A program made the position numbers and the translations under genes. Source: Parcubacteria group bacterium (GTDB taxonomy: Bacteria; Patescibacteriota; Minisyncoccia; Phycocordibacterales; JABMOB01). From it: DNA of 61,434 nucleotides. The notes below the pieces were generated by a model that did not search any database, was not told the DNA's origin, and was given only the letters and a program-made list of their open reading frames with translations. Positions within the stretch are counted from its first letter, which is position 1. Every line of letters starts with the position of its first letter. The DNA lies in NCBI GenBank assembly GCA_013204345.1, contig JABMOB010000029.1, forward strand, positions 1 through 61,434. The letters are read 5' to 3'. Below, in pieces: positions 1 to 8,777 of this stretch.

Positions 1-237
1 CCGTTCAAACAAACAGAATTTGATCTTATGTACAATGAAGGAATTTCTCGAGAAGGCGAAATAATCGCTTTAGGAGAAAAAATGGGGATTATCAGCAAAT
101 CCGGCACATCATATAATTACGGGGAAGAAAAACTTGGCCGCGGATATGACAGTACGCGACAATTTTTGAAAGAAAATTCTAAAATTGCCGATAAAATTCT
201 AAAAGAAATTAGAGCAAATTTGAGTAAGGTCGCATAA
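1..237 (+). CDS. recA: RecA recombinase, C-terminal fragment (5' end lies outside the window)
   Basis: Frame 1 is open from base 1 (PFKQTEFDLMYNEGISREGEIIALGEKMGII...). This matches the conserved RecA C-terminal region. Confidence 0.85.
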   Translation, partial: PFKQTEFDLMYNEGISREGEIIALGEKMGIISKSGTSYNYGEEKLGRGYDSTRQFLKENSKIADKILKEIRANLSKVA

Positions 238-255
238 CCTTTTGCTCAATCACCT

Positions 256-278
256 ACTTGGGAGCTTAACTCCCAAGT
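256..278 (+). terminator. Hairpin after recA (ACTTGGGAG-cttaa-CTCCCAAGT)
   Basis: Perfect 9-bp stem 19 nt after the recA stop. The T-tract is weak. Confidence 0.4.
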
Positions 279-351
279 ATTTGTGGGATAGACTTTTTAC
301 AAGCTTTGGGCTAGACTATTTTTGTTTTAAAAGTTAACGAAAAATATTTCT

Positions 352-930
352 ATGAGCACAATCAGTTACAGCGAGGTGACACAAGGAAAAAATATTATTA
401 TAGACGGTCAGCCATACGAGGTTTTGACTTCACACGTGGCCAGAACACAACAAAGAAAGCCCACAAACCAAGTAAAGGCAAGGAACCTCATTTCAGGGAA
501 ACTTTCGGATCTTACATTTCGCGCAGCTGATAAAGTAGAGGAAGCGGAAATTGACACCAAAGAAATCAAATTTTTATATACAAACAAAGGAGAATACTGG
601 TTCTGTGAGTCAAACGACCCCGGGAAACGCTTCAAATTGGAAGAGTTGGTACTCGGGACACAAGTAAAATTTTTGAAAACAAACAGTGTTATTGAGGCTA
701 TTGTTTTTGATGAAAAAACAATCGGTATAAAAATGCCCATCAAAGTTGATCTAAAGGTTACTGAAGCGCACCCAGCCGTCAAAGGAGATACAGCAAAGGG
801 CGGTAATAAACAGGTTGTATTGGAAACCGGCGCGACGATAAGCGTGCCAATGTTTGTTAAAGAAGGCGACATCCTTCGCATAAACACTGAAACTGGCGAA
901 TATACTGACCGATTAGGTAGTAATTTTTAA
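352..930 (+). CDS. efp: Translation elongation factor P
   Basis: 192 aa. The N-terminal region (IIIDGQPYEVL...QQRKPTNQVKARNLISGK) and the length are typical of EF-P. Confidence 0.93.
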   Translation: MSTISYSEVTQGKNIIIDGQPYEVLTSHVARTQQRKPTNQVKARNLISGKLSDLTFRAADKVEEAEIDTKEIKFLYTNKGEYWFCESNDPGKRFKLEELVLGTQVKFLKTNSVIEAIVFDEKTIGIKMPIKVDLKVTEAHPAVKGDTAKGGNKQVVLETGATISVPMFVKEGDILRINTETGEYTDRLGSNF

Positions 931-1065
931 GGTAAACATACCAATATACTAATGTATGCGAATAATACGAATAACTACGAATGAGCACATTCTAACATTC
1001 GTTGCTATTCTTTAATTGGCACCCACCTGCGCGTACACGCGGGCAGGTATATTAGTATGTTTACC
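931..1065. repeat. Palindromic intergenic element, copy 1 (arms GGTAAACATACCAATATACT / GGTATATTAGTATGTTTACC)
   Basis: Terminal inverted repeats of about 20 bp fill the whole efp/rpsR convergent gap. The interior has ACGAATG/CATTCGT and GC-rich hairpins. A second copy is at 41373-41486. Confidence 0.65.
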
Positions 1066-1264
1066 TAGATACAAAAGGTAGTAAACCCATAAATCTAGCC
1101 CGCTTAACAGCCAAAGATAATTTCCGCTGATTTTTTGAAGTAACTCCTGTTTTCTTTTTAGATATTATTCTAGCGTGAGGATTAAGAAACTTCTTTAAAA
1201 TATCTACATCTTTGTAGTCTATGTGTTGTATATTATTTTGTGAGAAAAAGCATTGTTTTTTCAT
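1061..1264 (-). CDS. rpsR: 30S ribosomal protein S18
   Basis: 67 aa with IDYKDVDILKKFLNPHARIISKKKTGVTSKNQRKLSLAVKRARFMGLLPF. Lies in the rpsF-ssb-rpsR order. Confidence 0.92.
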   Translation of the reverse strand: MKKQCFFSQNNIQHIDYKDVDILKKFLNPHARIISKKKTGVTSKNQRKLSLAVKRARFMGLLPFVSR

Positions 1265-1305
1265 AATTTTTCTTAACGAGTGTAGCGAGTTTTAGAAAAT
1301 AATGA

Positions 1306-1441
1306 CCCTGTTAAATAACATTTGATGTTATATGGGACATAGTCCTCTGTTCTCTCTATACTCTGTGTGTTACATATTACTTATTATTAGTTTTTAATCA
1401 AATGTTAATTTTAAATTACTATTTAAAATTATTTAACGGGG
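1306..1441. repeat. Nested inverted-repeat element in the ssb-rpsR spacer
   Basis: CCCTGTTAAATAA (1306-1318) pairs with TTATTTAACGGGG (1429-1441). Inside it, AACATTTGAT pairs with ATCAAATGTT. The left flank resembles the 26182-26313 element. Confidence 0.45.
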
Positions 1442-1498
1442 TAAAGGTTTGGCGGTTGTATAATTTAATTGGCATAAAATTATACAAGCCAATTCGCT

Positions 1499-1951
1499 TT
1501 AGAACGGTATATCATCTGGATTAATTTCTTCTGAAGGATACTCTATCGCACCACCAGCATCTTTATCTTCTTTTGGGGCGGTATCTTTTGCGCCTTCTTC
1601 TTTGTTGAATGATTCCCCACCAGATGTCCTTGGACCAAACTGAATTCTGTCTGCCACAACCTCTGTTCTGTAATTCTTTTTACCATCCGGCCCTTCCCAA
1701 CTTCTAGTCTGCATCCTACCCTCCACCAAAGCTGAAGCCCCTTTTTTGAGATATTGAGCGGCAGTCTCTGCTTGTCTACCAAAAACTACTATATTGTGAT
1801 AATCCGCGCTTTCTTGTTTTGCACCATTTTTATCTTTCCAAACTCTGTTAGTAGCAAGAGAAAAAGTTGTGACATTTACACCAGATGGTAGAGCTTTGAG
1901 TTCTGGGTCTCTGGTTAGGTTACCTATAATGATAGCTTTGTTTAAATACAT
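1499..1951 (-). CDS. ssb: Single-stranded DNA-binding protein
   Basis: OB-fold N-terminus (MYLNKAIIIGNLTRDPELK...) and an acidic tail ending in DDIPF. Confidence 0.95.
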   Translation of the reverse strand: MYLNKAIIIGNLTRDPELKALPSGVNVTTFSLATNRVWKDKNGAKQESADYHNIVVFGRQAETAAQYLKKGASALVEGRMQTRSWEGPDGKKNYRTEVVADRIQFGPRTSGGESFNKEEGAKDTAPKEDKDAGGAIEYPSEEINPDDIPF

Positions 1952-1956
1952 ATTTT

Positions 1957-2481
1957 TTATATTACCAACGCCTCAATACTTTTATCTATTTCTTCCGCTG
2001 AAGCTGGAGTTTTGTTTGAAACAATCTCCGATTCCTCTTCAGAAATTTCAGAAACATCAACACCTCCCTCTTTTTTAACCCCAGATACTTTAGGGAAATA
2101 AAGCGTATTCTCTCTGGCTGTGTTAATAAGCAAAAATCGTAAAATGTTTGCGTGTGCCTCAAGATCTTTTTTTATACGAGCTAGGGTTGAGCCGTCTGTC
2201 TCAAATTTTACCCAACCAAAGTAAGCTTCTTGATATTTATATCTTTTGGTCTCGATAACTTTTGACATCTCATAAGCCAATACCCTTCTTTTCGGAAAAT
2301 CTTCAGAGATAAATTCTCCCTCATTTTTTTCAATAATATCCCTAATAAAAGCGACTTCCTCACCTAGGTTTTCTTCAGCCAAAGTTGGTAAAAGCAAATA
2401 ACCAACTTCATACACTTTTGAGGTATCTTTAGAATTTTCTGGTGTTTTTTCTACTTCTGTCATGTGGGGAAACATTATCAC
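1957..2481 (-). CDS. rpsF: 30S ribosomal protein S6 with N- and C-terminal extensions
   Basis: YEVGYLLLP...RRVLAYEM...ILRFLLI core, lying upstream of ssb and rpsR. The start codon is uncertain. Confidence 0.8.
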   Translation of the reverse strand: MIMFPHMTEVEKTPENSKDTSKVYEVGYLLLPTLAEENLGEEVAFIRDIIEKNEGEFISEDFPKRRVLAYEMSKVIETKRYKYQEAYFGWVKFETDGSTLARIKKDLEAHANILRFLLINTARENTLYFPKVSGVKKEGGVDVSEISEEESEIVSNKTPASAEEIDKSIEALVI

Positions 2482-2527
2482 ATAAGGTTTTATTGTGCAA
2501 CTATAGCCAAATTGGCAAGATAAAGGC

Positions 2528-3370
2528 CTATTTTAGGCCAAAAACTCTAATTATGTTTGATACGATGGTTTTTTTAACCTTTTCAATATTCTCTCCTTTT
2601 ATTTCCGCAATCTTTTTAACAACTTCACTGACATAAACAGGCTCATTCCGCTTACCTCTAAAAGGCACCGGCGACACATAAGGGCAGTCTGTTTCGGACA
2701 AAATCATATCTAAGGGAGTGTTTCTTATAACCTCGTCATAATCCTGTGTAAAAGTAATCACCCCCGTAAAAGACAGGGTGAATCCAAAATCCAAAAAAGA
2801 CTTCGCTTCTTCCCAATTGCCGGCAAAAAAATGAACGTCCCCTTTTATTTTTGCGTGAGTTTTTAAAATCTGAAGAGCTTCAGCATAAGCACTAGGCTCG
2901 GAAGAATTTTGAGAGTTGCGAATATGGAGCATCAACGGCTTCCCTACTTCATTGGCAAGTTCTATATGTTCTACAAAAACCTTCTTTTGTTTTTCACGAG
3001 AACCTTCGTCTAGATGATAATAATCCAAACCACACTCACCCAAACCCACAACTTTCGGATCTTTCAAAAGTTGTCTGTAAAAATCTTTATCGAATGCCTC
3101 TCCACGAGAAGTAAACTCCGCACCACCTTCACCTAATTCGTCTTTATCATGATACGATTTATTTGTATGGACTGGATGAGTTCCTACTATGGCATAAACA
3201 CCTTTCTCGTACGAATGAGCCAAATCTACAGCCTGTTTTGAAGTATCTTGTTGTGTACCAACATTTATAATCCAAGTGTTATTATCGAGCGCTCTCTTTA
3301 TAGTTTCGTCACGATCTTTATCAAAAGCAGCGAAGTTTACATGCGCATGAGCATCTATGAAATCTGGCAT
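2528..3370 (-). CDS. TatD-family metal-dependent hydrolase/DNase
   Basis: MPDFIDAHAHVNF... N-terminus, an internal GECGLDY motif and a length of 280 aa. Confidence 0.88.
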   Translation of the reverse strand: MPDFIDAHAHVNFAAFDKDRDETIKRALDNNTWIINVGTQQDTSKQAVDLAHSYEKGVYAIVGTHPVHTNKSYHDKDELGEGGAEFTSRGEAFDKDFYRQLLKDPKVVGLGECGLDYYHLDEGSREKQKKVFVEHIELANEVGKPLMLHIRNSQNSSEPSAYAEALQILKTHAKIKGDVHFFAGNWEEAKSFLDFGFTLSFTGVITFTQDYDEVIRNTPLDMILSETDCPYVSPVPFRGKRNEPVYVSEVVKKIAEIKGENIEKVKKTIVSNIIRVFGLK

Positions 3371-3427
3371 AAAGATAGTAGAAAGTTAAAAGTTATAAAG
3401 TTAAATGTATGGTGCGACAACAAAAAC

Positions 3428-4891
3428 TTAATCTTTGCGGGGAAAAAGGGATGAGGAAAACATTTTGTTTTCCTTTATTGCCTTAAGAATTTTATCAGCA
3501 GTCTCTGGTAAAATAAGGCCAACCATATGAGCAATTCTGGATAGACCAATAACAAGATTTTTTATTTCTTCTTGCCCACGTTTTTCATCCACCTTTACCA
3601 ATTTGAATGGTTCTGTTTTTTGAATAGATTCATCCAATCGCGATATCTCACTCCAAATAAAATCTGCAGCTTTTTGAATATCAAAATTATCTAAATGTTT
3701 TGTGAATTCTTCTGGAAAAGAACTTGTTGGAATTGGAGTTGGTGTAGGAAGATAGGTTTCAGCCATTTTCATAATTCTACTAGCTAAATTACCTAAACCG
3801 TTTGAAAGGTTTGCATTATATGCTTCTTTGAATTTTTCTTTGGTCATATCACCATCGTCAAAAGGAGATATCTCTCTGGTAAAATAATAACGCACAGCAT
3901 CAGCTCCGTATTCGTCAATCAAATCTATTGGATTAATTACATTACCGATAGATTTGGACATTTTGTGTCCTCCTGAAGTAATGAAGCCATGGATCAAAAG
4001 ATTTTTGGGTAAGGAAATCTTAGCCGACAAGAGCATTGCGGGCCAAATAGCAGCATGGAAACGTAAAATATCCTTGCCCAGAACGTGCAGATCCGCTGGC
4101 CAAAATTTCTCAAACAGAGCGTCTTCGCCCTCGCCAAATCCCAAAGCCGAAATATAGTTTACCAAAGCATCACACCAAACATAAATCACCTGCTCAGAGT
4201 CGCCAGGTACTGGAATACCATGTGGAACATTTTTTATAGGGCGAGAAAAACTAACATCATCAAGACCGCGTCCCAGCAAGGCCAGAACTTCATTCCTACG
4301 ACTGTCCGGAATGATATTTAGTTCTCCTTTTTCTATTTTTTCTTTTATGACCGAGGTGTATTTCGACAGTTTAAAAAAGTAGTTTTTTTCTTCGATTTTC
4401 TCCGGAACAGAAAGATGTATTGAACATTTCCCATCAATCAAATCTTTTTCCGTGTAAAAAGATTCACAACCACTACAATAAAGACCAGAGTATGTGCCCG
4501 GATATATATCCCCAGCTTCTGTAAGTTTTTTCCACAAAGCAATGGCTCCCGGCCAGTGCCGTTCTTTATCACTTGTTCTGATAAATTGGCTATAGGAAAT
4601 ATTGAGTCTGGAAAAAAGATTTTCAAAACCTTTAGAAATTTCATCCAAAAAAACTCCAACATCTTTGTTTTGTTCGAAAGCAGCTTTCACGACCTTACCT
4701 GTGTTTTCATCGGCACCGGTCAAAAAATAAACTTCTTCACCAATAACCTTATGGTATCTAGCCAAAATATCACAGACTGTCATGGTATAAGCATGACCAA
4801 GATGCAAATTTGCATTTGGATAAAAAATTGGAGAGGTTATATAAAAATTTTTAGAAGACTTTACGTCTTTTTTTCTCTTTAGACCAAACAT
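3428..4891 (-). CDS. metG: Methionyl-tRNA synthetase (short form, no C-terminal tRNA-binding domain)
   Basis: HIGH-type NLHLGHAY motif, a KMSKS motif and a CSGC...C zinc knuckle. Confidence 0.95.
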   Translation of the reverse strand: MFGLKRKKDVKSSKNFYITSPIFYPNANLHLGHAYTMTVCDILARYHKVIGEEVYFLTGADENTGKVVKAAFEQNKDVGVFLDEISKGFENLFSRLNISYSQFIRTSDKERHWPGAIALWKKLTEAGDIYPGTYSGLYCSGCESFYTEKDLIDGKCSIHLSVPEKIEEKNYFFKLSKYTSVIKEKIEKGELNIIPDSRRNEVLALLGRGLDDVSFSRPIKNVPHGIPVPGDSEQVIYVWCDALVNYISALGFGEGEDALFEKFWPADLHVLGKDILRFHAAIWPAMLLSAKISLPKNLLIHGFITSGGHKMSKSIGNVINPIDLIDEYGADAVRYYFTREISPFDDGDMTKEKFKEAYNANLSNGLGNLASRIMKMAETYLPTPTPIPTSSFPEEFTKHLDNFDIQKAADFIWSEISRLDESIQKTEPFKLVKVDEKRGQEEIKNLVIGLSRIAHMVGLILPETADKILKAIKENKMFSSSLFPRKD

Positions 4892-4906
4892 ATATTTGAA
4901 AATTGA

Positions 4907-5968
4907 TTAAGCGCGAGATGAAGCTTCTTCTTCTAGAACCTTGTCCCGCTGGACGTCATTGAAAAATTCCATAAGCACAGCGGCGACCGGCACAGAAAGC
5001 AATAGCCCCATAAAACCAGCGAGCTGGACTCCAGCGACAAGAGCAACGATAGATATTATAGGAGAAACACCAACCACCTTTTTTACCACAAGTGGATATA
5101 TGAGTTGATTTTCAAATTGCTGAATGATTACATAAAAACCAACTATCAAAAGTGCGGTAGTTATCCCCTCATTCAAAAAAGCAAGAGCGACAGCTGGTAC
5201 GGCGGCAAGGACTGGACCAAAAAGTGGGATGAGTTCAAAAACTCCAGCAAGAACTGCGAGAAGCAAAGCATGTTTTATACCAAAAAGAGCGAGGCCTAGA
5301 TAAACCAACACTGCGATAATAACAGCAAGAAGGAGTTGCCCTTGCATCCAAAGACCTATCTTCCTCTGAGAACGTTCCCATAAACTAGCTACATACTTTC
5401 GGTGTTTAAGAGGGCTAACTGTTTTTAGAAATACACCGATACCGTCCTCTTGTACTGAAAGATAAAATGAAATAACAATGATTAGGATGAATGACAAAAA
5501 TCCTCCAAAAACAAAGCTGATTGAGCTCCACAAACCTTCTGACAAACCAGAGACAACGCTATTTATATGACTTACGATCTCTTTGAGGGAGAAACTACTA
5601 CCTAGATTTGAAAGGAACGGTTGGGCAGATGAATTAGAAGAGTCTACAGAGCCTAAATATGCTGGAAGGCTGTTTAGAAACACTGATGTGTCTGACAGAA
5701 GCGGAACAACAAGAAAATAGAAGGTTCCCGCTACAAAAAAAGCTAGCATTAGATAAATAAATAGGACTGACGGCAAACGTGGTATTTTGTGATTTATAAA
5801 CCATCTTGTAATCGGTTCGATCGCAGTAGCCACTACAATAGATCCCAATAGCGCCAAAAGGAGATCTTTTAAGAAAAAGGCTACGAAAAACAATAGGACA
5901 ATCAGAACTGATTTTACTATCACGCTAGTGCTTATATTTATGTTTGTATGATGATGGTTATTATCCAT
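4907..5968 (-). CDS. AI-2E (PerM/YhhT) family transporter
   Basis: 353 aa polytopic membrane protein. The C-terminal FENQLIYPLVVKKVVGVSPI motif is typical of the family. Confidence 0.78.
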   Translation of the reverse strand: MDNNHHHTNINISTSVIVKSVLIVLLFFVAFFLKDLLLALLGSIVVATAIEPITRWFINHKIPRLPSVLFIYLMLAFFVAGTFYFLVVPLLSDTSVFLNSLPAYLGSVDSSNSSAQPFLSNLGSSFSLKEIVSHINSVVSGLSEGLWSSISFVFGGFLSFILIIVISFYLSVQEDGIGVFLKTVSPLKHRKYVASLWERSQRKIGLWMQGQLLLAVIIAVLVYLGLALFGIKHALLLAVLAGVFELIPLFGPVLAAVPAVALAFLNEGITTALLIVGFYVIIQQFENQLIYPLVVKKVVGVSPIISIVALVAGVQLAGFMGLLLSVPVAAVLMEFFNDVQRDKVLEEEASSRA

Positions 5969-6019
5969 TTTAATAGCTTAACGATACCACAACATAGTTA
6001 TTTTTGAAAGTTTGACCCA

Positions 6020-7288
6020 CTAAACCCCCAAAATCTGTTCGAACTCCCTACTCTCCTTGAATCGCCCGATCAAAGCTAAGTTTAGTTTTTTGTTTTGAAA
6101 AATATCTTTAGCCACTTTTTGAATATCTCTTGCTGTTACCTTTCTCAATTCTTTTGCCATCTCTTCCGGTGTTTTTATTTTCTGACGCAGTATTTCTTGA
6201 GCACCATAGAATTGAGCAATGTCATCAGAAGGTTCCAGAGTCAAAAACATATTACCAATAGAATACTCTTTCGCCTTTTTTAATTCTTCCTCGGAAACAA
6301 TCTCATTTTTAAGCTTTTTCAATTCATCAAGAATTGCCAAAATGACTTCTTTAACCCGAGTATTATCTACCCCGCTAGCAACACCAAACATACCATGATC
6401 AGTATATTGATCTCCAAAAGCTCTAACATAATAACAAACGCCCATTTGATTGCGAAGTTTATCAAAAAGACGAGAACTCATACCACCACCCAAAATCGTG
6501 GCGAGTAAATCTAAAGCGGGCGTTCTTTTGTCAAAAATATCGTAAGCACGAAAACCTAAAACCATATGTGTTTGATCGGTTTCCTTGAACTTTACCAAAA
6601 CTTTTGGCTTATTTTGTTTCTCAATAACTTTTTCCTTAGGATACTTGCGACCTGTCGAGATATTCTTGAAAGCTTCAGAAATTTCTTTCAATACTTTTTT
6701 CTCATTAAAATTCCCAGACACTACTACCGTCGTAGCTTTTGCCACATAATGCTTTTTTCGGTAATTTATAAAATCTTCTCGTTTTATTGCTTTAATATTC
6801 TTGTTGGGACCAAGAATACTCCATCCTGCTGGCTGATCACCGTAGACCAATTGCATAATCAAATCACGAATATGACGTTGGGGCATATCCTCATACATAT
6901 TTATTTCTTCCACTATAACTCCCTTTTCTTTCTCTATCTCCTTCGCTTCAAAAAGCGGATTGAGATACATATCCGAAAGAACATCTATAATTTTTGAAAC
7001 ATGCTTGGGGTGAACTTTTGCATAATAGCCAGTAAATTCTTGCGAGGTAAAAGCGTTGTGTTGTGAGCCAAGAGAGTCGAATTCCCTACTGATATCACTC
7101 GCGACAGGCCTACGAGCAGTCCCCTTAAAAACCATATGCTCCAAAAAATGAGATAAACCATTTATTTCTTTTGTCTCATATTTTGAGCCAGCTTCTACTA
7201 GTACAAAAACCGACACAGCAGGATTGTCTTTCATTGGGATAGTTATAACCCTCATTCCATTTTTCAAAACTTTTTTCTTGAATTTCAT
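6020..7288 (-). CDS. M16 (pitrilysin/insulinase) family zinc peptidase
   Basis: Inverted zinc motif HFLEHMVFKGT near the N-terminus. 422 aa. Confidence 0.87.
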   Translation of the reverse strand: MKFKKKVLKNGMRVITIPMKDNPAVSVFVLVEAGSKYETKEINGLSHFLEHMVFKGTARRPVASDISREFDSLGSQHNAFTSQEFTGYYAKVHPKHVSKIIDVLSDMYLNPLFEAKEIEKEKGVIVEEINMYEDMPQRHIRDLIMQLVYGDQPAGWSILGPNKNIKAIKREDFINYRKKHYVAKATTVVVSGNFNEKKVLKEISEAFKNISTGRKYPKEKVIEKQNKPKVLVKFKETDQTHMVLGFRAYDIFDKRTPALDLLATILGGGMSSRLFDKLRNQMGVCYYVRAFGDQYTDHGMFGVASGVDNTRVKEVILAILDELKKLKNEIVSEEELKKAKEYSIGNMFLTLEPSDDIAQFYGAQEILRQKIKTPEEMAKELRKVTARDIQKVAKDIFQNKKLNLALIGRFKESREFEQILGV

Positions 7289-7377
7289 AACGGCAGTTTA
7301 GCATAAAATGACGAAGAAAAAAGCCTACCACTTAGGAGGGTCCTCAGTAGATACCTAAGACCACCCTAGGTAAAATC

Positions 7378-8763
7378 TTAATTGAGTTTTAAAGATTCTA
7401 GAAGTTTTGAAATCTCTACCCTCTCTTGCTTGCCAGTATCCCTGTCGCGTAAAGTCACCGTACCATCTTCTAATGTATCGAAATCAATTGTTACGCAATA
7501 TGGTGTACCGATTTCATCTTGTCTACGATAACGTTTACCAATATTGCCGTTGTCATCAAACACAACTGCGCCCAGTTCTTTTTTGAGAGTAACAAAAACT
7601 TCGCGGGCTTTTTCTACAAGCTGAGGTTTATTTTTCAAAAGCGGAAATACGGCAACTTTTATTGGCGCCATATTTGGTGAAAAACGCAAAACGATCCTTT
7701 TTTCTCCGTTCATCTCATCTTCAGTATAAGCGTCGGCGAGAAGCATTAATATCATACGGTCAACACCCACTGAAGTTTCAATAACATGCGGAATATATCT
7801 TTCTTTTGTCTCTTCATCAAAAAAAGACAAATCAACACCTGAAAATTTCTGATGCTGGCTTAAATCGTAGTCGCCACGATAATGAACACCCTCCAATTCG
7901 TTCCAGCCGAATGGATATTCATATTGTATATCCCACGCATCTTTTGCGTAGAAAACTAAATTTTCGTGCTGTTTCCAACGCAATTTATTTTTATCAACCC
8001 CAAGCCGGTCATAAAACGCCATCCTTTCTTTTTTCCATTCCTCGTAAGCGACAGGTGCATCTTTTGGTGAAACAAAGTACTGCATCTCCATCTGTTCAAA
8101 CTCACGCTTGCGAAACAAAAACTGACGCGGACTTATTTCATTACGAAACGCTTTGCCGACTTGAGCCACGCCGAACGGAATGGAATAAAATCCGGAATCC
8201 AAAATATTTTTATAATTTATAAATATACCCTGAGCCGTTTCTCCACGTAGATATACTTGCTCATCCCCCTCCTCAAACATACCGAGCGTAGAAGTTGCCA
8301 AGAGACTTTTTGCGGTTACTTTTCCAAAATCTTTCTTGCCACAAACTGGGCAGTGTAGTTTGGTACGATTGTCGTCAAATATTTTATTGATTTGCAATTC
8401 GGACATTTTTTCATCAGCGACAACACCTATAATTTCCAGAAGATGATCGGCTCGTAGTTTTGTGTGACAATTATTACAGATAACAAGTGGATCAGAAAAA
8501 CCACTTACATGACCACTTGCTTCCCACACTTTTCCGGCCGTAAAAATACTGGAGTCAATCATAGCAATATTTTCATGGTCCATGTTCATAGACTTAGTCC
8601 ACTCACCAACGACATTGCGATGCAAATTTACCCCAAGAGGGCCCCAGTCATATGTACCAGCAAAACCTCCATAAATCTCAGACCCTTGAAAAACAAAACC
8701 GCGCCTTTTGCAAAGCGAAACGATTTTCTCCATTTTATCTGACAGTGTTTTTTCTTTTGCCAT
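7378..8763 (-). CDS. glyQS: Glycyl-tRNA synthetase (alpha2 dimeric type)
   Basis: RGFVFQGSEIYGG..., class II motifs and a C-terminal anticodon-binding domain. 461 aa. Confidence 0.95.
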   Translation of the reverse strand: MAKEKTLSDKMEKIVSLCKRRGFVFQGSEIYGGFAGTYDWGPLGVNLHRNVVGEWTKSMNMDHENIAMIDSSIFTAGKVWEASGHVSGFSDPLVICNNCHTKLRADHLLEIIGVVADEKMSELQINKIFDDNRTKLHCPVCGKKDFGKVTAKSLLATSTLGMFEEGDEQVYLRGETAQGIFINYKNILDSGFYSIPFGVAQVGKAFRNEISPRQFLFRKREFEQMEMQYFVSPKDAPVAYEEWKKERMAFYDRLGVDKNKLRWKQHENLVFYAKDAWDIQYEYPFGWNELEGVHYRGDYDLSQHQKFSGVDLSFFDEETKERYIPHVIETSVGVDRMILMLLADAYTEDEMNGEKRIVLRFSPNMAPIKVAVFPLLKNKPQLVEKAREVFVTLKKELGAVVFDDNGNIGKRYRRQDEIGTPYCVTIDFDTLEDGTVTLRDRDTGKQERVEISKLLESLKLN

Positions 8764-8777
8764 ATAATTTATTTTTA

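Noticed and set aside
408-887. 159-aa minus-strand ORF inside efp
   Set aside because: It is fully antisense to a confidently identified EF-P gene, has low-complexity composition and matches no recognisable family.
1456-1487. 11-bp AT-only hairpin (TTGTATAATTT/AAATTATACAA) after ssb as a rho-independent terminator
   Set aside because: No T-run follows on the minus strand, and rpsR is expected to be co-transcribed. It was left as part of the structured spacer finding.
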